DNA of 64,000 nucleotides. It comes from an uncultured Acidobacteriota bacterium. Lineage in GTDB: Bacteria > Acidobacteriota > Terriglobia > Acidiferrales > UBA7541. The translations under genes were made by a program, and so were the position numbers. The notes beneath the pieces are model-generated. The model had not been told where the DNA came from. It did no database searches and saw only the letters and a program-made list of their open reading frames with translations. The DNA lies in assembly GCA_963825365.1 (NCBI GenBank), contig CAWGSV010000023.1:16800-80799 (forward strand). Direction: 5' to 3'. Position 1 is the stretch's first letter, and each line of letters opens with the position of its first letter. Of this stretch, positions 27,669 through 38,123 are shown piece by piece.

Positions 27669-28136
27669 TTGGCGGCAACACTGCGATTTCTTCAGTTTCT
27701 TTCATTGGGCTGCTGGCTGGGCAGCATCATCTTCTTCATTGTGTTCACGCAGGGAATATTTTCGGTGATGCCTACAAAGGATTTAGCCGGAGTGGTGGTG
27801 GGCTATTCGCTGGCCCGCCTGCACATTATGGGCCTCATTGCCGGGTGCGTGTATTTGATCTCCACGGCGGCCGTGGAAAAATCCGTCGCGGCTCTGGCGC
27901 GTCCCGCCGCGCTCTTGGTGTTCGTCATGATCATTTGCACCATGGCCTCGCAGTATGGTGTCATCGCTCGCATGGATGTATTGCGCGCGCAGATGGGTTC
28001 GGTCGATGCCACTGCTGCCGGCGATCCTCTGCGAGCGGCCTTCGATCGCCTGCACCAGTATTCCGTGCGCTTGGAAAGCATGGTGCTCTTGTCGGGCTTG
28101 GCAGCATTATTCCTGACCGCGCGGCAGAGGTCTTAG
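27669..28136 (+). CDS. DUF4149-like membrane protein
   Basis: Four predicted TM helices. N-terminus FLSLGCWLGSIIFFIVF...LAGVVVGYSL resembles DUF4149. TTG start follows GAGGAG. Confidence 0.55.
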   Translation: MAATLRFLQFLSLGCWLGSIIFFIVFTQGIFSVMPTKDLAGVVVGYSLARLHIMGLIAGCVYLISTAAVEKSVAALARPAALLVFVMIICTMASQYGVIARMDVLRAQMGSVDATAAGDPLRAAFDRLHQYSVRLESMVLLSGLAALFLTARQRS

Positions 28137-28236
28137 TAGCACAGGCACTCTTGCCTGTGCGGGGTTCGCGATCGCAGCTGAACCAATAGATTATCCGCAG
28201 CCTGGAAAACCGCACAGGCAAGAGTGCCTGTGCTAC
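28136..28236. repeat. REPIN-like palindrome, subfamily E (GTAGCACAGGCACTCTTGCCTGTGC)
   Basis: GTAGCACAGGCACTCTTGCCTGTGCGG ... CCGCACAGGCAAGAGTGCCTGTGCTAC with a 47-nt centre. Termini overlap the stops of both flanking genes by 1 nt. Confidence 0.9.
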
Positions 28237-28913
28237 TAAGTCTTCTTCCGTTTCTTAACTTCCGCCGATTTCGCCGCGTTCTTCTGATCGACGGCGCGCC
28301 ACAAATACCAGCTGGCAATCGACCTGTAAGGCCGCCAGCGCTCGCCATGCTCCAGAATGGCCTGAGGCTTGGGCGTGTTTTCAAGTCCATACACGTGCTG
28401 AAACCCCTTCTGAATTCCATAGTCGCGAATCGGCAGCACGTCCGGCCGACCCAGCTGAAACATCAGAAACATTTGCACGGACCACTCGCCAATGCCGCGT
28501 ACCTGCGTCAGCCGCTCCAGAATTTCTTCCTCGCTCATGCGCCGGATGGTGGCCAGCGCGGGTACTGTTCCGTCCAAAGTTTTTTTGGCCAGGTCCTTCA
28601 CTGCCGCAATCTTTTGCCGCGAAAGTCCTGCGCGCCGCAACTTTGGTTTCGTGGCGCGAAGAATTTCCTCGGGAGTGGGGCACTTGCCGTCCGAGCCCAG
28701 CGCCATCACCCGCCCGAAAATCGTCTTGGCCGCCGCGCCCGCAAGTTGCTGATACACGATGGCACGCAGCAGGCTCTGAAACGGCGGCTGCGGTTTCTGC
28801 TTTTTGGTAGGGAAGCAGCCGACCTTGCGAATCATTCGCGCGAGATGCCGGTCGACGCGGCAAAGCTCAAGCATCACCTGCTCAGCGTCAACGGGATAGT
28901 GCGTCTTTGCCAT
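28236..28913 (-). CDS. DNA-3-methyladenine glycosylase II family (AlkA-like, HhH-GPD)
   Basis: QQLAGAAAKTIFGRV, LRRAGLSRQKIAAVKDLA, VRGIGEWSVQMFLMF, PIRDYGIQKG. Confidence 0.8.
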   Translation of the reverse strand: MAKTHYPVDAEQVMLELCRVDRHLARMIRKVGCFPTKKQKPQPPFQSLLRAIVYQQLAGAAAKTIFGRVMALGSDGKCPTPEEILRATKPKLRRAGLSRQKIAAVKDLAKKTLDGTVPALATIRRMSEEEILERLTQVRGIGEWSVQMFLMFQLGRPDVLPIRDYGIQKGFQHVYGLENTPKPQAILEHGERWRPYRSIASWYLWRAVDQKNAAKSAEVKKRKKT

Positions 28914-29024
28914 GATGGAACACGAAGCATAGAAGCGCAGCAGTGCAGCGTCAAGAGTTGGGTGGAGGGCCGCCTTCCCAGGAGACCATTGTCAGGCGGA
29001 ATGGGCTGCGGAAAAGGTAATTTA

Positions 29025-29113
29025 TTTTGTCATTCTGAGCGAAGCGAAGAATCTCTCTTCGCCCTAACTCCTAAAAAAAAGAGAGATTCTTCGCTTCGCT
29101 CAGAATGACAAAA
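29025..29113. repeat. GTCATTCTGAGCGAAGCGAAGAATCTCTC hairpin element
   Basis: TTTTGTCATTCTGAGCGAAGCGAAGAATCTCTCTTC ... AGAGAGATTCTTCGCTTCGCTCAGAATGACAAAA. Confidence 0.9.
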
Positions 29114-29373
29114 GGTCTTGGGACTTTTTCCGCGGGCTGGCAATCACGCTGAACAAAAATCTGGCACAACAAATCGGCCGGACTTGTGATAGGTTCGCAG
29201 CGTTCGTTACTTTGAAAGTGATGCCCAAATGTCTGCTCATCACTCGGCCAATTTCAGTGTCATGTATGAGATCAAACCGCGCCGATCACCGATGCCGCGC
29301 CGCCGCATTGCGTACGAAATTTGGAATCCCATCTTCATCGAGAAAGCAAAACCTGCGGAAGTTCCGGAGGACC

Positions 29374-31783
29374 ATGTTCAATTCTAAGAAAGCATTTTTC
29401 CTGCTTGCCACAATGTTGGCGTCGGTTGCATCGGCGAACGCGCAGCAGTCTCGCTTTCGCCTGCAGGAGGCGACCATCGACGACATCCATCGCGCCATCC
29501 GAAGCGGACAGATCACCTGCCGTGGACTCGTGCAGCTCTACATCAATCGAGCCAAGGCTTATAACGGCGTCAGCGACATGCTGGTTACCAAGGATGGAGC
29601 GGCAATCCCACAAGCGCCGGGAGTAGTTCGCGCAGGCTCGGCACTGAAATTTCCCAGCGAGACAATCGCCATATCCACGCTGCTGCCCAATTTCGATCAG
29701 TACGCCGGGCCGCCAATCGAATTTGGCAGGATGGAAGCGACGGCTTCCGATCCTACCGTGCAGCAACAGTTCGGCATGACCATCGGCATTCCCAACGCAG
29801 GCCAGCTCAACGCGCTTGGCACGCTCAACATTCGCGGCGAGCGCTCCGTGACGTGTAAGGGCGATCGCGACCGGCGTCCCTCCGACGGCCCGCTGCCGCC
29901 CGGCTCGCCGGCCGTGTGCGAAGAATTCCGCAAGCAGCCGGACGCCCTGGAGCGCGCGGCGGAACTCGATGCGCAATACGGCAAAAATCCCGACCTGGCG
30001 AAAATGCCCATGTATTGCGTGGCCTTCACATTCAAAGATTCCTACGACACTAAAGACATGCGCAGCACGGGCGGCGGCGATGCCAACTACGATATCGATT
30101 TCCCTGCGCGGGACCACACGCTGGTGGCGCAGTTGCGGCAAAAAGGCGCAATTATTTACGCCAAGACCGCCAACACGGAATACAACGGTCGTCCGGTGCC
30201 CGCCGTACGCGGAGGCGCCGGTGTGGAGCGGGGCGTGAACAGAGCTACAAAAATATTTGTCTCCACGCAGGGCTACCAGCGCAGCACCTGGGCGGGAAAT
30301 CCCAGCGACGCGTATGACACCACGCGCGCCGCTTCGCTCGGCTCCAGCTCAGGTTCCGGCGTTTCCGTCAGCGCGAACCTGACCACCTGCAGCATTTGTG
30401 AAGAGACCAGCATGTCCTGCCGCGGCCCCTCGAATCACAATTCGGTGGCGCTGATCCTGCCTCAGAAGTCGATGATTTCATTTCTTGGAGGAGCCATCGG
30501 CGCGGACATTTACCTGGACCGCGCGGGCATCATGTGCCGCACGGTGAAAGATGCCTCAAAAGTGCTCGATGCGCTGAAGGATCCAACGAACGGATACTAC
30601 GATTCGCGCGACATCTTCACCGCTATTCCCAGAGCCAGTGTTTTGGATAAGCCGTACCTCAACAGCGCGTCCTCCACGGGCGCACGAGGCTCATTGCGCG
30701 GAATGCGCATCGGGATCGTACGCGAATCGATGCTGACTTTCCCGGGCATAAAGGCCGACGAACCGATCTCGCAAGCGGCGTCCAAGGAAATCAAGGCCAT
30801 CCTGGGCGATTACCTGGGAGCAACTCTTGGTCGAATCGGTCGATCCACTTTGGCCCGATGATCCCAGCATCGAAAACATGTCGCCTTCCTACACGCAGGC
30901 CCTGGCACAACTTGCTCCCATATTTTTCCCCGATATTTTTTATCGCCTGGACCGCAACGGCCAGCCGCAATTTCCCGAATTTGCCGCGAAAATTAAGCCC
31001 ACGGAGTTTGCTCCAGGAAAAACGTTCGGGACAGGCAAGATGAAGCCGATCGACTACTTCCTCGAGCTGACGGAAGGGCGCGTGCCCATTCCCAAGAACC
31101 TGAATATCCGCGCCATCGAAGAGGTGGTGGAATCGAACGCTTTCACGCTTCAATTCAATCAATACGCCTCGCGGCGGGCGGCGGATTGGAAAGCCCGCGG
31201 GTTCATGGAAACTTTGATTGATTTTCCATCGCTCAATGCGCGCTCCAAATTTTGGGGCGACGATCAGCGCGCGGCCTTCAAGAATTGGGAAGAGATGGAC
31301 GACATGCGAAATGCCATCGGGGATCGACAGGGAATCGACGAGCACATCATGATGCGGGAACTGCTGCGCCGCTTGGAAATGAAAGTTATTTCGGAGAATC
31401 GTTTGGATGCCGTGGTGCGCCTGCACTATTCACTGCCGCCCGGAAAGATCGGCCTGGCGGGCCAGCCGGAGCCTCCCGGCGACATTCGCGGCGAATTGCG
31501 CTTTGGACCTTTCGCGGGCATCACCGAAGTTCTTATCCCCGCGGGTTACGTGCGAACGGTTTACGATCCCGTCTTCGTCTTGAGCGCCGACAAGAGGCGG
31601 TATGCTTCCACGAGCAACAATGTGCCTGCAACCATACCGGCGCCCGGCCTGCCCTTCTCCCTGGTCTTCCGAGCAGAGCCGGGAAAAGAAGATGTGATCT
31701 TGAAAATAGCCTCGGCCTACGAAGCGGCTTCCAAGCGCCGCGTTCCTCCGCCTCAGTTTGGACCCCTGCCGGGGGAACCGTAG
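29374..31783 (+). pseudogene. secreted amidase-signature-family protein of about 800 aa, one frame break (possible assembly indel)
   Basis: Signal MFNSKKAFFLLATMLASVASANA. Amidase N-terminus ATIDDIHRAIRSGQITCRGLVQLYINR and Ser/Gly-rich signature LGSSSGSGVSVSA. ORFs 29212-30861 and 30827-31783 join as ...GDYLGATL|VESVDPLWPDD with a +1 shift near 30828. SD GGAGG lies before ATG 29374. Confidence 0.7.
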
Positions 31784-31852
31784 GAATTATCTGCGGCGCT
31801 AGCAAACAAGATGGACTTTGGGTGCCGTGCCATTTTGAGGATTGGTCGGGTT

Positions 31853-31917
31853 TCGGATGTCGGGGCTTCATCCCCGACGTAAAGTATCGCCCGTGATTGG
31901 GTTTTAATCTCTGAAGC
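31853..31917. repeat. partial copy (inverted) of the 6494-6621 composite repeat
   Basis: TCGGATGTCGGGGCTTCATCCCCGACGTAAAGTATCGCCCGTGATTGGGTTTTAATCTCTGAAGC aligns with the reverse complement of 6545-6621. Confidence 0.7.
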
Positions 31918-31964
31918 GCAAATTCTAGCGTTTCTCGGTGGCGGATTGCGTACCAGCAGGAATA

Positions 31965-33056
31965 TCAGTATCCGCGCGGATAAACACGGATTTCGACCGT
32001 TCCCCATGCGGCCCCGTCTTCTCCCTGTTTCTTGCCAACTCCTAACGTTTTGACTTCCGTGTCATCGAATCCGAAATTTTGAACCAGGTAGTCACGCACC
32101 ACCATGGCCCGAGCCTGCGTCAGCGTCATGTCCTTCTCCGTATCTCCAGCCATGCCCGCGGAAACAACCACGACGGCGACTCCGAACTCATTGTCGGCAA
32201 GAAACTGGCCCGCGGGGCGCAACGATTTCTGGTTCTTTGGTTTTGCATTGTCCATTTTGTCGAAGAGTTGCCTGGAGTCGAATGTAAATGTTTTCAACGG
32301 CGCTCCCGGCGGAAGTTTTGCAATTGCGTTTTTCAGCAGGTCGGAAGAGTTTTCATAGCCGCGATTCTTGAAATAGCCGCGCAACAGGAAGTTGCTCTTG
32401 AGCGCTTCCATGTTTTCCTGAAAGTCGCCAACGCCCGCATCGGCCTTGATCACGGTGTCTCGCAATCCGGCCGTGGTCTGGTCCAACTGATTATAAATTT
32501 TCTTATCGTTGATTAGCGCTCCAATGGAGCCCTGGCCCTGGTCAATTTTGGAGCTGATCGAACTCAGATTGGCCGTCATTGTGGTGACATTGGTAAGCGC
32601 GGCTTGGCTGCTATCCAGGATGAGGTTTGCCTTCTTGAAGAGGGTCGCCATTTCCAGCGGCGGCTCGCTGCCAATGCTGCCCCCATCAACCACGTTGCTT
32701 CCGCCGGCAGATCCAAAGGAGATGGCAATATATTCATTGCCAAGCAACCCTTCGGTTTCGATGGTGGCAACCGAATCTTGCTTGATGATGTTGCGAGTGG
32801 AGTTGTCGAGATCCATCCACACCGTGATCTTGTCCGTCGGCTTGCCGGGCAACTCCACGCTGCGAACGGAACCGCTATGCACGCCGCCTACGCGAACATC
32901 CGCCCCGGAATCCAGGCCCACCACGTTGCCGAAATGCGTGCTCAGCCGGTATGTGGACGAAAACAGATATTGTTTTCCGCCGATGATGAAAATTCCCGAC
33001 ACCAGAATTGTCAGTGCCGCGATAGAAAAAGCTCCCAGCCGCGCCGCTCTTGACAT
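31965..33056 (-). CDS. MlaD/MCE-domain protein fused to OmpA-like C-terminal domain
   Basis: N-terminal TM plus MCE domain (VVGLDSGADVRVGGVHSGSVRSVEL). C-terminal part ...VVVVSAGMAGDTEKDMTLTQARAMVVRDYLVQNFG...VKTLGVG resembles an OmpA/MotB peptidoglycan-binding fold. Confidence 0.7.
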   Translation of the reverse strand: MSRAARLGAFSIAALTILVSGIFIIGGKQYLFSSTYRLSTHFGNVVGLDSGADVRVGGVHSGSVRSVELPGKPTDKITVWMDLDNSTRNIIKQDSVATIETEGLLGNEYIAISFGSAGGSNVVDGGSIGSEPPLEMATLFKKANLILDSSQAALTNVTTMTANLSSISSKIDQGQGSIGALINDKKIYNQLDQTTAGLRDTVIKADAGVGDFQENMEALKSNFLLRGYFKNRGYENSSDLLKNAIAKLPPGAPLKTFTFDSRQLFDKMDNAKPKNQKSLRPAGQFLADNEFGVAVVVVSAGMAGDTEKDMTLTQARAMVVRDYLVQNFGFDDTEVKTLGVGKKQGEDGAAWGTVEIRVYPRGY

Positions 33057-33065
33057 ATTTGCTCC

Positions 33066-33858
33066 TTACGAATCCCTCTTGAAAAACTCCCGCACAAGAT
33101 CGTTGTGGCTCTCGGCCAGTTCCTGGAAGCTTCCTTCCATCACGACTTTTCCCTTGTCCAGCAATGCCACTCTGTCCGCAATGGTCTTCGCGCTCTGAAG
33201 ATCATGCGTGACCACAACGGAGGTCAGCTCGTGTTCTTTTTGCAGCTTGAGAATCAGGCTGTCGATTTCGCCGGAGCTGATCGGATCGAGGCCGGCTGTG
33301 GGCTCATCGAGAAGCAGAATTTCCGGCTGCAGGGCCAGCGCGCGCGCCAGGCCAACCCGCTTTTGCATGCCGCCTGAAATTTCACTGGGCAGCTTTTTGA
33401 AATCCTTTTCCAGCCCAACGCTGCTCAGCAATTCCTTTCACCCGCGCGCTTCGCTCGGAGGCCGACATCCTGGTATGGCGCTCCAGGGGAAAGGCAACGT
33501 TCTGCTCCACGGTCAGCGAGTCATAGAGGGCCGCATTTTGAAATAGGAAACCCATCTTGATTCGCAATCGATTCATCTCATTGAGCGCGATACCGGCAAT
33601 CTCCTCACCTTGAATGCAAATCGATCCGCGGTCCATGTTGTCGAGTCCGATGATGATCTTCAATAAGACGCTCTTGCCCGTGCCGCTGCGCCCTAGCACG
33701 GCCAGTGTCTCACCGCGAACCACCGTCAGGTCGATTCCATCCAGGACACGTTGCGTGCCAAACGATTTTTCCACATCGCGAAGCACCAAGACCGGCTGGC
33801 CCGGTAGTCGGCTAGTTTCGCTGCTCTGCAATCCCGCTTCTGCAATTGTGTTTTTCAT
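33066..33858 (-). pseudogene. mlaF: MlaF-like ABC ATP-binding protein, one frame break (possible assembly indel)
   Basis: ORFs 33382-33858 (Walker A GRSGTGKSV) and 33066-33431 (LSGGMQKRVGLARAL, LLLDEPTAGLDP, VTHD) join as ...SARVKE|LLSSVGLEKD after removing one base near 33434. Confidence 0.85.
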
Positions 33859-34667
33859 GGGAAAAGAATGAGAATCAGCTTCACCAGAATGACGTCAGCC
33901 AGGATCACAAACAGGGAGGACAACACCACCGAACTGGTTGCCGACCGCCCCACACCCTCGGTGCCGCCCCTGGTGCGCATTCCTTGAAAGCAGGACACCA
34001 TGCCGATGATCAAGCCAAAGGCGCAGGTGCGAAAAGTTGGCGCAAGAAAATCGCTGAATTTCACGCCTGCAAAACCCTTGTCCAAAAAGTGATTAAAAGA
34101 AATAGGGTCGGACATTGTCACGGTGACCCAACCGGCGAATACGCCGCAGAAATCGGTCACAAGTGTCAGCAGCGGCAGGGCTACGATGCATGCGAGGACG
34201 CGCGTGAAGACCAGCAATTTATACGGATTTACGGCGGAAGCCTCGAGTGCATCGATCTGCTCGGTAACTTTCATGGAGCCCAGCTCAGCGCCGATGCCCG
34301 CTCCCACTCTTCCTGCAACCACCAATCCGGTAACGATCGGCCCCATCTCGTGGACGATCGAGAACACGATGGCGACCGGCATGATGGACTTGGCTCCGAA
34401 GCGCAGCAGGCTGGCGCGGCTCTCCAGGGCAAGAACGGTGCCAACCGCGGCACCCGCCAGGGCTACAAGTGGAAACGATTTCGACCCCACTTCATCCAAC
34501 TGCCGAAAAATCTCTCGCAATTCCAGCGGCTTCGCGAAAGCCGCACGTATCACTTTCCAGGAAAACTGTGCAAGATCGCCAAACCACTCCAGCGAGCGGT
34601 TGATCATTATTCCCGATGAGTTAGATAGTTGCTTCCATATTTGCCTTAAGTCACGTTCCGGCGTCAC
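33855..34667 (-). CDS. mlaE: MlaE-like ABC transporter permease
   Basis: 270 aa with an MlaE-type profile (GSKSFPLVALAGAAVGTVLALE, MKVTEQIDALE). Overlaps the mlaF start by 4 nt. Confidence 0.85.
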   Translation of the reverse strand: MTPERDLRQIWKQLSNSSGIMINRSLEWFGDLAQFSWKVIRAAFAKPLELREIFRQLDEVGSKSFPLVALAGAAVGTVLALESRASLLRFGAKSIMPVAIVFSIVHEMGPIVTGLVVAGRVGAGIGAELGSMKVTEQIDALEASAVNPYKLLVFTRVLACIVALPLLTLVTDFCGVFAGWVTVTMSDPISFNHFLDKGFAGVKFSDFLAPTFRTCAFGLIIGMVSCFQGMRTRGGTEGVGRSATSSVVLSSLFVILADVILVKLILILFP

Positions 34668-34703
34668 TAATCAACATTCGACCATCGAAGTTCCGATTCT
34701 CGC

Positions 34704-35432
34704 TTATGGCCGCTGATCAGGCGCTGTCCCCGCAGGGGTCTTAAAACTGGCGATATGTCTGAACATCGAATGCGGCCCTCCGTATACAAATTCCAAAGCC
34801 AGATTTTCAAGGGCCACAAACGCAAGATTGTAGTTGCCCATCCGGAATCCATCTTTCACGCCGTAACGGTCCGGATACCACGCCAGCGCCGTCATCGAGC
34901 CGACGTACGGGGAAGCCAGGCCGGAAAATGAGAATGCAATATGACCGTCCTCGCCGTGACGCGCTGTCACCGTGGAAACAACTGCGTGGCGAGCGCGGTG
35001 TAAGAAGCCTTTGCATCGGCAAGGATAGTAGACAGCGTCTTCGTGCAGCAGTTCCGCCATCCCATAGCGCGCCGTGGTGGTCACAAGCGCGATGCCGAAA
35101 TCGCTTCCTACTCGCTCTGCAAAGGGTTTCGCCCCGCCGCCCCACTCCCGTGGCGTGTTTTCTGCTTGCTGAATTCCGCCCGCCAGAATGGCTTTTGTGA
35201 TTGCATAAGGGCCAAAAGCATCGAACTCATAGAGACGCAGTTTTTGTTTTTGGGTGGGACGCTGATAAACAAGCAGGGAAGTCAGGTCATTGGGGCTGAA
35301 GCGCGGCATCACCGCAGTTGCGTCTGCCAACGGGGTAGGCGGAGGAGTATTCACTTGCGCCATCAACCTTGGCGACCCACCCGCGATCCCCGTTATTAAG
35401 ATCGCTAGACACACTATTGGATTAATATTCAC
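34704..35432 (-). CDS. hypothetical secreted protein, first gene of the Mla-like operon
   Basis: GTG 35432 lies 7 nt after AAGGAG. Signal-like NINPIVCLAILITGIAGG. No motif recognised. Confidence 0.5.
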   Translation of the reverse strand: MNINPIVCLAILITGIAGGSPRLMAQVNTPPPTPLADATAVMPRFSPNDLTSLLVYQRPTQKQKLRLYEFDAFGPYAITKAILAGGIQQAENTPREWGGGAKPFAERVGSDFGIALVTTTARYGMAELLHEDAVYYPCRCKGFLHRARHAVVSTVTARHGEDGHIAFSFSGLASPYVGSMTALAWYPDRYGVKDGFRMGNYNLAFVALENLALEFVYGGPHSMFRHIASFKTPAGTAPDQRP

Positions 35433-35754
35433 GATTCGCGCTCCTTGAAATGAGAACGCAGGCTCGGAGATTGAACAAGCCCGCCCCTCTAAACTGGAGT
35501 TTGGCAACCACGCGCCAATCCAGGTTAGGTTGTGGACTCCGCCTTCGACCGCAAATCAAACTGAGCGGCATTGTAGTTGTGAGGGTTTGTAGTGTCTGTA
35601 TGCTTTAGAACACTTGGCAGGATTCGCAATTCTGGACTGGTTTGAAGTGGAAGTTGTTCTTTCCTGCGTCGCCTGCTATCGAAAATCGATTATTGCCGTG
35701 ATATACTCCGGCCATCGATCCTCGAAATTCGAATGCAACAATTGGAGGTCTGGC

Positions 35755-36303
35755 ATGAAGCGCATTGTCATGATGATTCTCGGAGTAATGGTGATTTCGA
35801 TCGGCGCGTTGGCGCAACCGCAGGACGATCCCATCGCCACGGCGGTCCTCGCGCTTCCAGCGGGTCTACGCGACGCGGCGACCGTCATTAAGTGGAAAGC
35901 TGACTTCACCTACGACACGCTGAAGAAGGGCACCAACGGTCTGGTCTGCTACGACCGCTCGGGAATGCCGGAGCAGCAGCCGATCTCGATCGAGTGCACC
36001 AGCATGGGCAACCTGCCCCGAGAGGCGCAGAATCTGAAGGCCGAATCGCTGGGTGACAAGGCGAAGACACAAGCGACGCTCGCCGACATGGAAAAGGACG
36101 GAACGCGCGTGAAGCCCGAGTACGGTTCCGTGTGGTATCACATGGCCGGCGCCGACCGTGACCACGCTAGAATGCACATGACCATCGCGATGCCCGGCGC
36201 CACCACGCAATCCACGGGAATCCCCGACAAGCGCGTGGATAATGGTGTGTGGCTTATGAATGCCGGCACCACCACTGCCCACCTCATGACTCCGGGCGAA
36301 TAA
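35755..36303 (+). CDS. hypothetical secreted protein
   Basis: ATG 35755 follows GGAGG. Signal MKRIVMMILGVMVISIGALAQ. No recognised domain. Confidence 0.55.
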   Translation: MKRIVMMILGVMVISIGALAQPQDDPIATAVLALPAGLRDAATVIKWKADFTYDTLKKGTNGLVCYDRSGMPEQQPISIECTSMGNLPREAQNLKAESLGDKAKTQATLADMEKDGTRVKPEYGSVWYHMAGADRDHARMHMTIAMPGATTQSTGIPDKRVDNGVWLMNAGTTTAHLMTPGE

Positions 36304-36351
36304 GACGCGCCCGCTGAAATCCAGACGACGCCGAAATTTAAACGAGAGACG

Positions 36352-36678
36352 ATGAAATATCTGATCCTGAATCTGATTGCGGCTGTAACGCTAACTGCTG
36401 CTCCGGCACAGCAAACGTTTTCCGGGATCGTTACGGACGACAATTGCCCCAGGGCCGATCACTCCCAAATGCAAATGGGTCCCACGGACGCCGAGTGCGC
36501 CCGCGCCTGCATGAGTTCCCACGGGGCAGTGCTAGGTCTTTACGACGGCAAGAATTTCTACGATCTGAGCGATCAGAAGACGCCCGACAAATTCATCGGA
36601 AAGAAAGTGAAAGTCATCGGCACGCTGGACCCCAAGACCAAAACGATCCAAGTAGATTCGATCGCCGCGGCAAACTGA
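36352..36678 (+). CDS. small secreted Cys-containing hypothetical protein
   Basis: Signal MKYLILNLIAAVTLTAAPAQQ. Mature part carries C-x18-C-x3-C (DDNCPRADHSQMQMGPTDAECARAC). Confidence 0.55.
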   Translation: MKYLILNLIAAVTLTAAPAQQTFSGIVTDDNCPRADHSQMQMGPTDAECARACMSSHGAVLGLYDGKNFYDLSDQKTPDKFIGKKVKVIGTLDPKTKTIQVDSIAAAN

Positions 36679-36690
36679 GCAACGTTTTTT

Positions 36691-36762
36691 GTAGCGCGCG
36701 CTTCAGCCTGCGGGTTTTTGTCTTTGCAAAGTCTAAAATCCGCAGGCTGAAGCCCGCGCTAC
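36691..36762. repeat. REPIN-like palindrome, subfamily B
   Basis: GTAGCGCGCGCTTCAGCCTGCGGG tttttgtCTTTGCAAAGtctaaaat CCGCAGGCTGAAGCCCGCGCTAC. Confidence 0.9.
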
Positions 36763-36924
36763 CTGTTCCCGATTCGCTTTCACACCGGAAAATATGCTGC
36801 ACGGCATATACCCCCCCAAGTGTATTCGTGAGAAACTAGGGTTAATCCGCATGGATTTGGTCCACTGACAAATTGCCTGCGCCGTGAGGCGCGGCGCGCA
36901 AGGGTATGTTACGATTTCGACCCT

Positions 36925-38002
36925 ATGCAAACTGGAATCATTGGGCTACCGCAAGTCGGCAAGACAACTCTGTTCAAAATTCTTGACGCGTGCGCAGCTG
37001 GACGAAAAGGCCGCGCGCGCGGCCACGCACGTGGGCGTGGCGCGCGTGCCCGAGCCGCGCCTGGAACAGCTCGCCAAGCTTTACGATCCCAAAAAAATTA
37101 CTTATGCGACCGTCGAGTACGTGGACGTAGGCGGCATGGTGAAGGACCGCGCCAAGGATTCCGCGGTGCTTGCGCCGCTGCGCGAAGTGGATGCGCTGGC
37201 GCATGTGCTGCGCGTGTTTGACGATCCCGCCGTGGCGCACTCAGCCGGCTCCATCGATCCATTGCGCGACGCCGAGGTCATGGACCTCGAATTAATGTTC
37301 TCCGACCTCGACCAGATCACCCGGCGCATCGAGCGCGTGGAAAAAGATTTGAAGAAAAAGAAGGAGCCGGTCCTGGAGCAGGAGCTGGTGCTGCTGAACC
37401 GCTGCAAGACGGCCATCGAATCGGAAAAGCCGCTGCGTGAAATGGAATTCAATCCCGAGGAGCGCAAGATAATCCAGGGTTACAAATTTCTGTCGCAGCG
37501 GCCCATGCTGTACGTGCTGAATCTTGGCGATAGCGAAGTGGCCGATTTGGATACGGCTGTCGAGCGCCACAAATTATCGAAACTTGTGGGCCGCCCCAAT
37601 ACCGTTGTGCTCTCGATTTGCGGGCGCATTGAGGCCGAACTTGCGGAATTGGAACCCGCCGAAGCCGCCGAAATGCTCGCCGCGTACGGGCTGAAATCTT
37701 CGGGGCTTGACCGCATTATTCAGGCCACCTACCAGCTTCTCGGCCTGACCTCGTTTTTTACCGCCGGAGAACCCGAAGTGCGCGCCTGGACCATCAAGCG
37801 CGGCATGAACGCGCAAAAAGCCGCCGGCGCAATTCATTCGGACATCGAGCGCGGATTCATTCGCGCCGAGGTCGTGCGCTGCGAAGACCTGCTTGCCGCC
37901 GGAAGTTTGCCCATCGCGCGGGAACGCGCGCAGGTGCGCCTGGAAGGAAAGGAGTACATCGTGCAGGAAGGCGATGTGATTCTCTTCCGCCACAGCGGCT
38001 AA
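36925..38002 (+). pseudogene. ychF: redox-regulated ribosome-binding ATPase YchF, one frame break (possible assembly indel)
   Basis: MQTGIIGLPQVGKTTLFKIL (P-loop) in frame of ORF 36925-37221, then TRAQLDEK...VEYVDVGG...FFTAGEPEVRAWTI...EGKEYIVQEGDVILFRHS in ORF 36884-38002. +1 shift at about 36985. Confidence 0.85.
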
Positions 38003-38031
38003 GGCATGTCCGGCTGTTCGATTTTATCCGT

Positions 38032-38102
38032 GTAGCGCCCGTCCGCCGGGGCGGACGGGCAAGTACTTGACGCCAAAATGCCCGCCTGAAGGCGGACGCT
38101 AC
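38032..38102. repeat. REPIN-like palindrome, subfamily D variant
   Basis: GTAGCGCCCGTCCGCCGGGGCGGACGGGC ... GCCCGCCTGAAGGCGGACGCTAC. Confidence 0.8.
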
Positions 38103-38123
38103 ACAAGGCCCACCAAAAAAATA

